Shown here: piece after piece, positions 1-13,100 of the stretch
How the letters are laid out: each line of letters begins with the position of its first letter
How positions within the stretch are numbered: position 1 is the stretch's first letter
Source: Eledone cirrhosa
Lineage: Eukaryota
Reading direction: 5' to 3'
Length of the DNA: 64,000 bases
Assembly: GCA_964016885.1 (NCBI GenBank)
Contig: OZ024740.1
Coordinates: forward strand, 254,014,001-254,078,000
Made by a program: the position numbers and the translations under genes
The notes under the pieces: generated by a model
Seen by the model: the letters and a program-made list of their open reading frames with translations, nothing else
Databases searched by the model: none
Told to the model about the DNA's origin: nothing

Positions 1-480
1 AGGGTCTCTTGTCGGTTAGTTTTGCCTGTAAAATCTGTCCAGTGATTCTTTACTGAGACATTCTAACCACATGCTCATAATATCGGAGTTGTGATCTCTC
101 AATTCGGAGAAGTAGCGGCTCTACAAGGAGTGACTCTCTGTTCTCTGAGCTATGCACTTTATCGAGTAACGTTACTCCAAACACCCTTCGGAGGAATCCC
201 ATTTCTGCCACTTTTATTTGAAATTGTATTCTCTTAGTCATTACCCAAGATTCATGACCCTCGGTAAGGGTTAGCAAGAATACCAGGAAGACAGCAAGTT
301 TGGCTTTTACACCTACCCCTCTTCTTCTGATTACTGAATGCTGAAGCTGGTGCATTACTGCATCAGCTTTTATAATTCTTGCACTTAATTCAGCCTCCTG
401 CATTCCATCACTCATGAACACGGCACTGAGATACTTGAACTTCTCTACCTGCTTCAGTGGAACTCCATTCACATGTATAT
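1..480 (-). mobile_element. Degraded RTE-clade LINE fragment (region C-terminal to RT)
   Basis: ORF 50..586: QVEKFKYL, GHESWVMT, AEMGFLRRVFGVTLLDKV, IERSQLRYYEHVVRM are typical RTE/Rex3-like post-RT motifs. Confidence 0.85.
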
Positions 481-639
481 AAATTTGAGCGACTTCAGCC
501 CATCCGTCCATCACAAAATATATGTGTGTGTAAAAGGAAGGAAGGGGATACACACATGTCTCCAACTTAAAAATAGTGACAAACACACGTCTCTAATTTA
601 AGAATGCCAACAAACTCACGCGCACATACACACACTGTC

Positions 640-1225
640 CTATTACCACTTAAGAGCTTTGGCCCAATTTTAGAACCAACTGGTTTGTCCAGAATTGATG
701 GACCTGATGGTCTACCCTGTGCCCCTGGTCAAGAGGCAGGTGCCTTATCTGGGACGTCACAGTTAGTGACTCTTTTGAATCTTCCCACATCCTGGATGCA
801 GCGGTAAGGGCGAGAGCTACAGCATCCACAACTGAATAGAACAAAATCCCAAAATACTGTCATTTGTCGGCTAACTACATTTTCCAGCCCGTGGCATTCG
901 AGACGTTTGGGGGAGTCGGGCTACTGACAGCGAGGTACTTATCTTCACTGGCGGCTCGCCAAACAGAGGTAACTGGTGATGCTCATGAAGGCACTTGGTT
1001 GTTCCAGTTGTTCCAGCACCTTAGACAGGTTTTCCAGTGCTCCTCGCTATATTGTTATCTTTTGCTCTGGTAGCGACTCGTTTGTCCACCCCTTTCGAAG
1101 TGCCTTTTGTTCTATGTGGTCTAAGATGTGTGTATTCCGTGCTTGTGTATTTTTTCTCTTTCTTTTTTTCTTTCCCTTTCCTTTGTATATATTATATTTG
1201 TTGATAAGAATAAATAAATAAAAAG
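640..1225 (+). mobile_element. 3' fragment of a CRE-like non-LTR retrotransposon (restriction-like endonuclease domain), degraded
   Basis: Frames join to EPTGL..DGPDGL / PWSRGRCLIWDVTVSD...E*NKIPKY...YIFQPVAFETFG...TGD..EGTWLFQ; T-rich 3' UTR with AATAAA repeats near 1210-1223. Confidence 0.75.
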
Positions 1226-1513
1226 TTACACTTCAATATACCCTCCTATTTCCAAACTTAACGAACGCTGTTATCATGATTGTATGTGTGTGTGTGTTTG
1301 TGTAAATGTATGTATGTGTTTGTGTGAAAGTATGTGTATTTGTGTGAATGTATGTCTGTGAGTTTATATTTTTGTAAGTGTGTGTGTTTGCACAATTATT
1401 TATATACTCATACATATAAATGTATGTATATGCACATACACATACACATAAGCATGTTGAAAAACATCCTAATCTCTTTGTGTTTCTCTTTCACTCTCTC
1501 TCTATATATATAT

Positions 1514-1715
1514 ATAGGAAAACGTATGACCCCGACGGCAGAGCTCAAGCCGTTTCGACGGCTATTTCTGGACTCCAGAAATAGCCGTCGAAACGGCTTG
1601 AGCTCTGCCGTCGGGGTCATACTTTTTCCTATTTCTCACTCTACTACCCGAAGTATTGAGTACTCTGGTGCGTTATGGTCCATCTTGTTCCTTACCACAA
1701 TTCCTTTGTTATATA
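1514..1715. mobile_element. Fold-back palindrome (1514-1632) with the 3' half of an HHR; probable PLE terminal remnant
   Basis: Inverted arms centred on 1573 with one mismatch; right arm reads GAAA-CGGC-ttgagctct-GCCG-TC; flanked by TA. Confidence 0.7.
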
Positions 1716-1717
1716 TA

Positions 1718-3823
1718 TAGAGGAGAATAAATGGGAGAAAGACAGTCTCCCCCACATCGACCCAATAGAGGGACCAGCAGTGTTAGTCGAGGGTAGTATA
1801 ATAAGTAAGGCAATCAAGGATATGAAGACGGGTAAGGCGGCTGGGCCTTCGGAAATAGTTGCTGAGATGCTGAAGGCATCTGGCTCGGTGGGACACACCT
1901 TGGTCACCCAGATAGTTAACCAAGTCGTACAGAATGGGGTTGTTCCGAAGGACTGGCATAGCAGCATCATCGTTAACTGTTATAAGGGTAAAGGAGATGC
2001 CCTAGATAGGAGTAACTATAGAGGCATTAAATTAATCGACCAGGTCATGAAGGTCACGGAAAAAGTAATAGCGCAACTAATCAGAGAGAGAATTGACCTA
2101 GATGAAATGCAGTTCGGGTTTGTGTCAGGCAAAAGTACCACAGACGCTCTTTTCATTGTACGTCAACTACAGGAGAAGTACCTAGCTAAAGGTAAACCCC
2201 TCTACTTAGCTTTTGTCTACTTGGAGAAAGCCTTCGACAGAGTCCCCCGTTCCATTATCTCGTGGGCCCTTAGAAAACTAGGTGTCGACGAATGGCTTGT
2301 GAGAGCTATACAAGCCATGTATAAAGAAACAGTCAGCAAGGTTAGAATTAACAACGAATATAGTGAAGAGTTTAGCGTAAAAGTTGGCGTCCATCAGGGC
2401 TCTGTTCTCAGCCCACTACTATTTATTATTGCCCTTCAGGCTATAACAGAGGAGTTCAAGACCGGCTGCCCATGGGAACTCCTATACGCAGACGACCTGA
2501 CACTCATAGCTGAATCAATGGCCGAGCTAGAGAAGAAATTCCAAACATGGAAGCACGGCCTAGAATCAAAAGGCCTTAAAATTAACCTGGCTAAGACTAA
2601 AGTTCTAGTTTGAAGAAAATAAGGCGGTGGTCCCTTCCGGGAAATGGCCATGCTCAGTGTGTAGGAAAGGGGTAGGTAGAAACTCCATTTTATGTCCCAA
2701 ATGCAAAGTATGGGTGCATAAAAGATGTAGTGGGATCACAGGTAAGCTAACTAAGAACTTAGATTTTACATGTGGGCGGTGCTCTGGTGCAATAAGTAGT
2801 AGCGAGTGCCCACAAAATACTAACTCTTTCAATTGCGCAGAGGGCTCTATAGAAATAGTGGACAGCTTCCGTTACCTGGGTGACAAAATCAGCAGTGGGG
2901 GAGGGTGCTCTGAAAGTACAGTAGCTAGAGTCAGAACTGGATGGAAAAAGTTCAGAGAGCTTATACCACTATTAGCCGCTAAAGGGTTCTCCCTAAAAAT
3001 GAAAGGCAGGTTGTATGATGCCTGCATACGAACAGCAATGTTGCATGGCAGTGAGACCTGGGCATTGTGTGCAGAGGATATACGCAGACTAGAGAGGAAC
3101 GAAGCTTGCATGCTCCGCTGGATGTGTAATAGTAATATACGTGAACGGCAAAGCATAAACGAACTAAGGAAAAAATTAGAAATAAGAGGGATCAGATGTT
3201 GTTTACTCGAGAGAAGGCTACGTTGGTACGGACACGTGATGCGCATGAAAGTCGATAGCTGTATAACAAAGTGCAGGGCAATAAAGATAGACGGTAGCCA
3301 CGGAATAGGCAGACCTAGAATATCCTGGGACGAGCTGATAAACTCCGACCTCACACACTTACACCTCTCCAAGACAATGTCACTGGACCGAGACCTTTGG
3401 CGGTACTCAGTAATAGAGAAGACCCGCCTTACCTAAATACATAGTAAAACCTACTACAGCCAGTAGACATCTCTAACAAAATACACCCCCATCCCACCAC
3501 CCACACCCCATCCACACCACCCCCTCCTATGTAAAGTTATGTTGGTGCCACAACATCCAGGCCGAAACAAATGAGATCGTGTAGGTGTCACGACAAAAAA
3601 ACACACAGTCCACGCTGTAATGTGGCCGTGTAGGCAACACGGTAAAAACCTCCCAGTCCCACACTGTAAATGTGGTTGGTGTTAGGAAGGGCATCCAACT
3701 GTAGAAAGCCTGCCAGACAGTCCTATGCGAGCAAGACAATCACTCTTGCCTCAAGTGGGAATACCCCCGTCCAAACCCATGCAAGCGTGGAACACGGACG
3801 TTAAACGTTGATGATGATGATGA
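1718..3823 (+). mobile_element. RTE LINE family A, 5'-truncated, frameshifted at ~2612; RT, PHD-like Cys cluster, 3' UTR, (TGA)n tail
   Basis: ORFs 1675..2613 ([26 protein letters not shown]) and 2627..3436 ([32 protein letters not shown]). Confidence 0.95.
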
Positions 3824-4289
3824 TATATATATACATAAATACATATCTGTCACATAGTCACTATCTATCTGTATAGCTCTCATCACACACTCTCTCTTTC
3901 TCGCTCTGTCTATATATATGGTAGTTGAAGTGTTGAAATTTGAAACTTTTGAAAGAAGTGAATCTTGAAATAAGCAATAAAATTATTCATATTTAATCAA
4001 GAATTACGAAATTTAGTACATAAATTATGTAATATTCATTCATTATTTATTCAAAGTTAGCAAACTTATTTTACTAACGGAATAAAAAAAATATATTCAG
4101 GACACAGTCCCGCACCCCTCCCTTTATTATGTTATGATGGTAATGAAAGAGTTAAACACATAAGCAGTGCCTTTCATTAGAAATATGACAATAAAAGGGT
4201 TAATTACATAGGTAGTGTCTTTCATTAGAAATATGATAGCAGAAGGGTTAAAACAGGCATATATATATATATATATATATAGATATATA

Positions 4290-5165
4290 TTGTTATATTT
4301 GGGGTGGGTCATGTTATAATGTTGTCAGAAATAATAATAAAGCACTCACTGTTTGGTTTGGGTTGGTTTTCGCTTCCATATATTTTATATCCCTATAGTT
4401 AATTTAGCTGGCAATCAATGTTATCATTGATTGACCAACAGTTAAGAAATATAGATATAAATATATATATATAATCTCTCAGAATTCTTTTGTCATACAC
4501 CTGTGACATCATCAGTGATACTATTAAGTTTCCTCCCGTTGTATTGTAATGTTTACTTATTCTATTTTTTATTTATTCATTTATCATTGTCTCTCTTTGT
4601 GCATGCATTTTTTGTGTGTGTTTTCTGTTTGGTGTGTGTTCGTGTCTGAGTCTGTGTGTTTGTATTCTACCTTTGTTCACTAGTGTGTATTTATGTGTGG
4701 TTGTTGTTATTGTACCTCTGTATACTTATTTATATTTATCTTAGGTCACTATTGTGTGTTTGTGTATGGTTGTTGTTGCTATTCTGTTCAGCTTCAGTTT
4801 TCTTAGTTCTATCTCAGTTGCTTCCCTAATTTGTCTACCTGTTGAGTCATTTCTATGTTTAGATATTATTTTAATTTCTATGTTGTCTATATTACCACCA
4901 TGTCCTAGTCTGGCATGTTCATCTAGTACCGAACCATCTTTTTGTCCTTTTAGTCTGCTACTCCCCCTCTCTCACTTCCTCCCGTCTGACCTGTGTGAAA
5001 TCCTTTTCTCACTTACATTTCGCTGGGTTTGAAAGCGTCTTTTTTTCTTCTCGTCAATGATTTGCGAGAACTTAAGTTCACATGTATCACTGACTTGTTT
5101 TCTCATCTTCCTCTCTTTACGTTGCCTTACCATTTTTGTTTCTTTACATGTCTCTCTTTCTCCAC
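4290..5165 (-). mobile_element. Degraded PLE 3' end (GIY-YIG C-terminus plus pLTR), related to 59331-60780
   Basis: Antisense ORF 4754..5032 parallels 59935..60324; minus strand encodes NIEIKIISKHRN..RQIREA.EIELRK; degenerate HHR near 4487-4525. Confidence 0.8.
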
Positions 5166-5359
5166 CCAATTCTTTCTATCCCAATAACTTATTTTAGTTA
5201 TTGTTCGCGCTGACTTGAGGTATCTGGTCTTTAATGCGAAGAAATACCGATGATAGCGAGAAGATCACTGATGACGGATAGTCCTGGTTTCTTGCTCTTT
5301 TTTAATTCATATGTATCACATTTGCAACAACGCAGCACGCAATTTTTAATTTATATATA

Positions 5360-5990
5360 TAATGGTAGAACACTGGAAGGAAGGTAATATACGTAGGCGT
5401 AGAGCACTCAGTCCATGTGACGAGTTAGGTAGAAGTGGTTACACAAAAGTTAGTTCACCATACCGAGAACAATTGTTTCACCTTAGCGGATCCTCAGCTC
5501 GTAATGGACATGGTTATACGGAACAGGAAGGACAACCGTACGAACGCGCATGCGCGGAAATGATCACTTCAAACAGGCAATACTGAATTGCGTGCGAGAG
5601 GTGTGAGATAACTGCGAAAGTCCGAAAGATTCTAGTTGATAAGAAAATTAGGATGTTGTAATTCAATCCAGAGCTTTGTAGTTATGTAAGGCGTTTCCAG
5701 ACATGTGGACAACGTGTAAAGAATTTATTTCTCGTGTTTAGGTAATCACTATTGTGTAATCTCTTTAGAATATTTATTCGTTCATCAATACATAGTCCAC
5801 ACGACGGATTGCTCCTTGTGCATGGCTTGGACTTAGTGACGGCTTTCCATTGAATAGAGTAGTCTATACTTGAGTCCGTGAGGGACCATACGTGGCTCGC
5901 GAGTTTCGTGCATGAACGTCTGTCCGGGTACCTAAAGGTCGACTGGTGGTTCAGGAAGCGTTCCTTAAATTGGCCCTCCGCCATACCCAC
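5360..5990 (-). mobile_element. PLE 3' fragment: GIY-YIG endonuclease C-terminus plus 3' UTR with HHR
   Basis: ORF 5682..6023: VGMAEGQFKERFLNH, LASHVW, CGLCIDER, LNTRNK..CPH. Confidence 0.9.
5464..5501 (-). ncRNA. Minimal type I hammerhead ribozyme
   Basis: cgag CUGAGGA ucc-gcuaa-ggu GAAA caauug UU cucg; stem I extends to ccauuacgag/cucgguaugg. Confidence 0.85.
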
Positions 5991-6174
5991 AGTCTGCCAA
6001 GACTGGAATTGAACCATCAGCACAGTTGAGGTATGTCATACATCAATTTATGTATTTTATCTGATGAGGACGTACTAAAAAAACAGCACAGTACTTCCAA
6101 AATATATTTTGATTACGTGAATGTCTACATTTATTAATATTTTGAATTAATATTATATATATATGTATATATAT

Positions 6175-6386
6175 CATCATCATCATCATTTTAAGTGCGC
6201 TTTTCCCCGCTTGCAAGGGTTGGACGGGTCCTATTCAGCACAGCATCTCTCCACTTGTCACGGTCCTTCGTCATCTCCTCAGTGAGTTTCAGCGATCTGA
6301 GGTCTGCTCTCACCACCTCCGCCCATGTTTTTCGTGGTCTACCTCGACTGCGTCTTCTCTCCACTGAGACTTCCTGGCACTTCATT
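6175..6386 (-). mobile_element. RTE LINE family C, 3' end with (TGA)n tail
   Basis: ORF 6191..6385 [14 protein letters not shown]; close relative of 63283-63983. Confidence 0.9.
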
Positions 6387-6399
6387 TTTTAAAAGGTAA

Positions 6400-6535
6400 T
6401 ATTTGAAGCTCTAGTTAAACTTTAATTAGTTACCTACCTAGCTATGTGTGATTACACACTTTACAAATTATCCCCTGTGATTGTTTCATGTGTTTATTTT
6501 AAATATATATATGTCAATCAATTTCTAGTTGATAT
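6400..6535. repeat. Unclassified dispersed repeat; second copy at ~62205-62345
   Basis: tttgaag.tctagttaaactttaattagttacctacctagctatgtgtg...tttctagttgatata occurs twice. Confidence 0.75.
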
Positions 6536-6642
6536 AAAATGCTCGGAATTATTCATTGGAATCTTTGAGCTTATTCTATAGTGGATATGGTGCATGTCTC
6601 GGACATGACTCCCTTAATTTAATTTAATTTAATTAATTTTGG

Positions 6643-6727
6643 ATATATATGTATGTATATATATATGTATATATATGTGTATATATGTATATATATGTAT
6701 GTATATATATATGTATATATATGTATA

Positions 6728-6798
<71 letters not shown>

Positions 6799-6949
6799 AT
6801 GTGTATATATATATATATATATGTGTATATATATATATATATATATGTGTATATATATATATATATGTGTATATATATATATATATGTGTGTATATATAT
6901 ATATGTGTATATATATATATATATGTGTATATATATATATATATATATG

Positions 6950-6988
<39 letters not shown>

Positions 6989-7076
6989 GTATATATATAT
7001 ATGTATATATATATATATGTATATATATATATGTATATATGTGTGTACATATATATATATGTATATATATATATAT
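6643..7076. repeat. (TA)n/(TG) microsatellite
   Basis: Direct reading. Confidence 0.95.
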
Positions 7077-7079
7077 CAT

Positions 7080-8040
7080 GTAGGAGGTGAGTTTTATTGT
7101 AGCATAAAACAATGCAAATATCGGATAAGTAGCACTCCACAGTTTATAGGAATGGAGTATAAATAATATAAGAACAAAAGATGGTTAAAGGAGTTCCATG
7201 TATTTTATTATGCGCATTTCAAAAACAAATATCATCATGGGATGATATTTGCGTTCTCATCAGATAAAATAGGGAGACATGATATGAAGCTTAAAAAACA
7301 CTTGCGAGCAGTGAAGTGTTGAATCAACATATGAAAAATAAAGTAAGATGGATATATGAGATTGGGAAAAAAAGGAGAGAAGTGGGGGTGGGGGAAAAGG
7401 TAAGGAAGAGGAAGAAAGAAAATAAAGGATGACGGGGAAGGAGTATAAGAAGGAAGGATGAGAGAGGAGGAGAAATGAGTGATAGAGAGAGAGAAATAGC
7501 CTGTCTCACAGAGAGAAATGAAAAAAACCGTTGAAAGATAATAGATAATTTAAAAAGATTTTGAAATTAAAAGTTAGTGAGGTTTATGAATGGTGATGTT
7601 TATGATTAAAGAAAAAGGAATTAAGAATAGTATTTATTTAAGGTTTATTATATATTGAAGGGTTTAATAATATGTGCGAAAAAAAGAATTTATTAATATG
7701 TATTATTAAAATAAAAATATTAAGGATATAATGTGAATGAAGGAGAGATTAAATGAATTATGAACTTAGAGGAATTAGTTAGGGTTTAAGTTTGTTTTTA
7801 TGTATTGTAATATGTAAAAGTAAATAATAGGTTTAATACGAGCATGGAAGGAGAGAAGAAAGAAGAAAATTTAAGGAAGAAAAAATATATAACGTCAAAA
7901 AGTATATATGTTTACACAATTTACTAATGGTAATCTAATATATATTTGTGAAATGGGTGGTGGTTGAAATTCAGTTGTGCACGGTTAAATGGTAGTAGAC
8001 GTGGTCGGATGGACATGAAAATTTACACACCTATGTAAAG
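7080..8040 (-). mobile_element. Probable PLE 3' UTR/pLTR
   Basis: Intact HHR at 7201-7271; the minus strand near 8030 resembles the H..KF ORF terminus also seen near 10140. Confidence 0.55.
7201..7271 (-). ncRNA. Type I hammerhead ribozyme
   Basis: uauuuuau CUGAUGA gaacgcaaauaucauc-ccau-gaugauauuuguuuuu GAAA ugcgca UA auaaaaua. Confidence 0.9.
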
Positions 8041-8239
8041 AGTGCTAAGGAAGCAAATAGACGAGGTTTCAAATCTCTAACTTGAAAAATGTGGCCCCCG
8101 GAGCCCCAAAACGGTCTATTTACTATCGCGTTCGGTGAGTTATTTCCCCCTGTTCTAATACTTTTATCTTATTTACAATTTCATACGAATAAAGCAGTAA
8201 ATAAAGGATTATGAGTTCATGCAATTGACTTATGTTTCG

Positions 8240-8274
<35 letters not shown>

Positions 8275-8280
<6 letters not shown>

Positions 8281-8860
8281 AGGCTACGTTGGTATGGTCA
8301 CGTGATGCGCATGAAAGACGACAGCTGTATAAAAAAGTGCAGGGCAATAAAGATAGGCGGTAGCCACGGAGTAGGCAGACCCAGAAAAACCGACGACCTG
8401 ATAAATTCCGACCTCACACACTTACACCTCTCCAAGACAATGTCACTGGACCGAGATCTTTGGCGGTACTCAGTAATAGAGAAGACCCGCCTTACCTAAA
8501 TACAAAGTAAAACCTACTACAGTCAGTAGGCACCTCTAACAAAATACACCCCCCGTCCCACTACCCCAACCCCATCCACACCACCCCTTTTCAATGTAAA
8601 GTTATGTTGGTACCACAACATCCAGGCCGACAAAAAAACACAGTCCACGCTGTAATGTGGCCGTGTAGGCAACACGGTAAAAACCTCCCAGTCCCACACT
8701 GTAAATGTGGTTGGTGTTAGGAAGGGCATCCAGCTGTAGAAAACCCGCCAGACAGTCCTATGCGAGCAAGACAACCACTCTTGCCTCAAGTGGGAAAACT
8801 CCCGTCCAAACCCATGCAAGCGTGGAACATGGACGTTAAACGATGATGAAGATGATGATA
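8275..8860 (+). mobile_element. RTE family A, 3' fragment
   Basis: Near-identical to 3209-3823. Confidence 0.95.
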
Positions 8861-8884
8861 TATATATATATGTGCATATATATA

Positions 8885-9440
8885 TATATACATATATATA
8901 TGTGTGCATGTATGTATATGTACATACTACTGTACGTCTGTATACATATATGTATGTACGTGTACATACTTATATTTAAGTAACAGCCGTACTAAGAGTG
9001 GGAAATGAAATTTCGTTTATCGTTTTCGGTGCACCCGGCTGATTAACCCACTCGATATGCAAATTGGGCTACTCAGCCGTTAATATGCATAAGGTAAGTA
9101 TATACGTTCAACAATCTGGCAGGAAGGTATACGTTGCTGACGATAGCTAATAAGCTTGAAACTAGTACAGCGTTCCTTTGTCAGTGTTGAACAAACAAGC
9201 AACGATGGTTACTAGACACTACGGCTTAATACAGGAGGTTTGTTTACAAACACACCGAGCATTATAATAAATGTTCGGTGAATCCATACGTACATATATA
9301 TATGTGTGCATGTATGTATATATATGTACATACTACTGTACGTCTGTATACATATATGTATGTACGTGTACATACTTAAATTTAAGTAACAGCCGTACTA
9401 AGAGTGGGAAATGAAATTTCGTTTCATTTTTTCCGTTTAT
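8885..9440 (+). mobile_element. Retrozyme-like element, ~406-bp-period subfamily (about 1.3 monomers)
   Basis: Reverse-complement homologue of the 472-bp unit; direct repeat starting 8920 and 9326; HHR at 9131-9173. Confidence 0.8.
9131..9173 (+). ncRNA. Minimal type I hammerhead ribozyme
   Basis: acguug CUGACGA u-agcu-aaua-agcu-u GAAA cuag UA cagcgu. Confidence 0.9.
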
Positions 9441-10179
9441 ATATATATATATATATAATATGAAAACGCTTTAATAAAAAAAAATATCCACTGTAATGTA
9501 TGTATGCATGTATTTATGTGTTTATATGAGCGGGGATATGCAAGTAAATCTTACTTTGTGGACAGCTGCCCCTTAGCATAATATTCATGCTAGAACAGCA
9601 TATATTTGAAAGTTTTCAGGGAGTTGAATTACTGATTTTGGATCGGCAACTTTAGCTTTGAAAAAATGAAATGTGCAGTGTAAACATTTTTTATTATTCC
9701 TCCGGGGATGAATCTTCTCTCCATTTTTCCATCTCTTTCTTTCTCTCTGGAAGAAATCAGCCGTAGTAAGACTTTAAAAAATGGTTAGATACATCATGAC
9801 ACACCGTGCATCACGGAGGAGTTGAAAAGCAGACTCAGAACACGGCATTGTGTGGGGGTGGCACGCAGCCCAATGTTCCGGGGGGGGGGGGGCAAAAGAA
9901 GAAGAAGAAGAAGGAGAAGAATGAGAAGAAGGTGTGAGCTGGAGTCCTATCAAATATGTAGGTTGTGTCTTAAATTAAAGGTTTAGTAGAAACAATTCAT
10001 GTATAGTTTTGTACTTTTCTTTTTGTCATTCATATATAAACAAATCTACTATATAAATTGGAAGTGGTCGGACGTTGTATATGTAGGTGTAGTCGGATAA
10101 ACGTCAAAACGGCTTGGTGGAATGCAGCGAAAATTTACACATATGTAGAATGACCCGAAGAGGCGTTGGGTCGACTTTC

Positions 10180-13100
10180 AAGCTACAAGCTTACAGGATT
10201 ATATCCAGAATCGGCATAGAGGACAGGACGGCCCCATACCAACCAAGGGAGCCGTGGATTACCCTTAAAGACCACAAGCCAAACTTTGAGTCCGACCTCC
10301 CTGTCAGACTAATAGCCCCCTCCAGATCTGACCTAGGGATCGTCAGTAAAAGAATACTGGATAGGATTTTGCCCAAGCTTCGGAAGAAAACTAAATTACA
10401 GCAATGGTCATGCACAGGAGAAGTAATAGAATGGTTTAAAATACTGCATGAGAAAAGTAGGACCAGCTTTATACAACTGGACATCGCAAACTACTACTCC
10501 TCAATCTCACCCATAGTACTTAATAAGGCCCTATTTTTAGCGATGTCCAATACGGACCTAACCCGAGAGGAGGTGAGCATCATCCACGCCGCAAGAAAGA
10601 CCTTAATCCGCTTCGATGGAGACCTTTGGACCAGGAGTGATTGGCCAAATAACTTTCACATCACGATGGGCTCCAGCGACTCAGCGCAGGTAACGGACCT
10701 GGTTGGGCTCTACCTGCTGAAGCGGATTAAAGATGAAATCCCCTGCCTGGGCGGCGGATTATATCGTGATGATGCTCTATTCACAGTATATGACCACAGC
10801 ACCAATATGTTGGAGGGTATGAGGAGGCGTATTCGCCATTTCTTTAAGAACCAGGGGCTCCGCATAGAACTAGACCCAAATAGGAAGGTAGTTAACTTCC
10901 TAGACACCACCCTAAACCTGAACACCGAGCAATACTACCCCTACCACAAGCCCAACGAGAAACTCGTATATGTTAACGCCAAATCAAACCACCCTAGATC
11001 CATAACCAAGGCAGTGGTGAAGAGTGTCTCGGACAGGATCTCCAGCCTGTCCGCAAGTAAGGAAATATTCAATAACCACGCGGAATATTACAACGCAGCT
11101 CTAAAGGCGGCACATGGCCAAAATATAACATATAGTCCGAAAAGCCGGGATGGGGATAGCCCAACAGACACCCACAACCGCGTTGCCCGGGGAGGGGGGG
11201 AGAGGGCGAACCCTAACAATACAGGCAGAGCAGAATCAAATAGGCACCACGTGCCCGACACCACCACACGGGCGGTGGGGACTAGTGCGCTTGACCACGA
11301 GATGGAGCACAATATGAGTAGCAGTCTCAGGCGTGACGCTAACCACCCCAGGACAGACGACCCCAACCGCAGGACACGTAGGAGGGGGGGGGGGGGAACG
11401 GGCGACCACCCCACGATGGATCTCCCGGGGCGGACAACGACCACCCCACAAATTTGGGCGGCGAAGATAACAAAAAGCATAGAGCCCAAAGGGGAAGCAA
11501 CAGTGCGGAAACCACCAGCAACCCAACAAATCTCCAACAAATCACGGGGGAAGACCAGCATGTAACACATAACGGGAACCCTAATCTAGGCACGCAGAGG
11601 CCGACCACCCTCTGCAACCGCAGAAACCCTGAATCATGCTCCCTTGGTAATGAATGCCTCAATAAGAACCTAGTATACGGTTGTAGGGTTAAAACCCCCA
11701 ACTCCGAACACCTCTACATAGGAGCCAGATCAACGAGCTTTAAAGACCACTGGTACAACCATCGCCATTCATTCAAGAAGGAGGCCAAAAGGAAAAGCAC
11801 AGCTCTCTCCGACCTGATCTGGAAGCTTAAGCTGGACAGGACCCCATACTCTCTGGCCTGGTACATAATCGGGAAAGTACCACCCGATAAAGGGGGATCT
11901 TGCATATGCAAACTATGCCTGAACGAGACCCTCGAGATACTAAGAGGTGGAAGCGGCCTGATAAACCTCAGAACCGACTTCTTTGGGACATGCAGACACC
12001 TTAGAGCCGGGACCTTTCTCAAGATATATGGACAGTAGCAACACAAGATGTGAACTCCCCTCAAGCTATAGGGACTTCTACAGAACAGAAAACACCTCTC
12101 GGCCAGACCTCCCTCAAGCTATATGGGCAGTAACAACACCCTAGGTTGTGAACTCCCCTCAAGCCATAGGGAACAACCCAGGCTGAGCAGACACCATGAT
12201 AGCCTAGAGATAGAATCGGACACAGCCATTATAATTGGGCCAACATCTATATAACACAAACACTTTTTAATTTACTAGATTTCTGATTTTCAAGTTCCAA
12301 TTTTAAATCTTGATTTCTCTTTATTAATTTATTTGTTTTCTGCCCCCTTCACTGTATCACCTTATATTTATTTTTAAGTTGAGATTGATTATAACACAAA
12401 CACATTTAGTTTGATTATCTTATCTTAACATCTTGTCCTCATACCAATCTATCCAACATATTTCTGACCTTGAGATTGGTTATAGCACACACACACTTTA
12501 TCCTACATTATTTTTCACTTCTCCATATTCATTTTCATTACTTTTTCACCAATTTTTCATTTATTCTTTATTCTTTATTCTCTATTTATTTATTTATTTT
12601 CAAATTATATTAATTATTTTATATTATTTATTTATTTTCTGTTTTCTTCATTTATTGCCTTATATTTCTTCATATACATGGAAGGAACCCCCCCCCCCAC
12701 CCACCACCACCACTATGAGAGGTGGTGGCAGGAGGGATGAAGAAAAAACACACACTGGATACTTCTAAATTGTTAGCAGCAGCAAGATATAAGCTGACCA
12801 CAACACCAACAACATCACCAAAATAATGGTAGAGGTCAAATGTACTTAACAATAGCAAACAAAAACACTACAGGGAGCCTCACCCCAGAAAGAATTCTAT
12901 AGACTTCTGACTGAGGAATGCTCTCAGAACTGACCAATGGGAAGTTTGACACTTTTTTTGTTATTTTGTTCCTTTAACACCTTGTCCCTTCTACCATTTT
13001 ATCAATTTTTTAAGCTAACTCCAACAATAACAACACTTAGAATGAGGAATGTTCTAATAACTGACCAATGAGAGGAGAAGAGGACATTTGACACTGAAAT

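Noticed and set aside
4140-4255. ~48-bp imperfect tandem repeat (and a similar short duplication at 12025-12170)
   Set aside because: Ordinary local duplication with no further structure seen
5265-5300. ctgatga-cgga-tag-tcc HHR start
   Set aside because: No GAAA or stem III follows; probably a deleted remnant
6053-6110. HHR ctgatga-ggacgtact..agtacttcc-aaaa
   Set aside because: G12 missing (AAAA) and no clear stem III or stem I partner; decayed remnant
8050-8125. aaatagac...gtctattt inverted match with GAAAC..GTC-like ends
   Set aside because: Too short and degenerate to call an HHR or fold-back
9500-10147. Possible minus-strand PLE 3' end (H.CKFSL-like terminus)
   Set aside because: Only a few residues of similarity, and no HHR found
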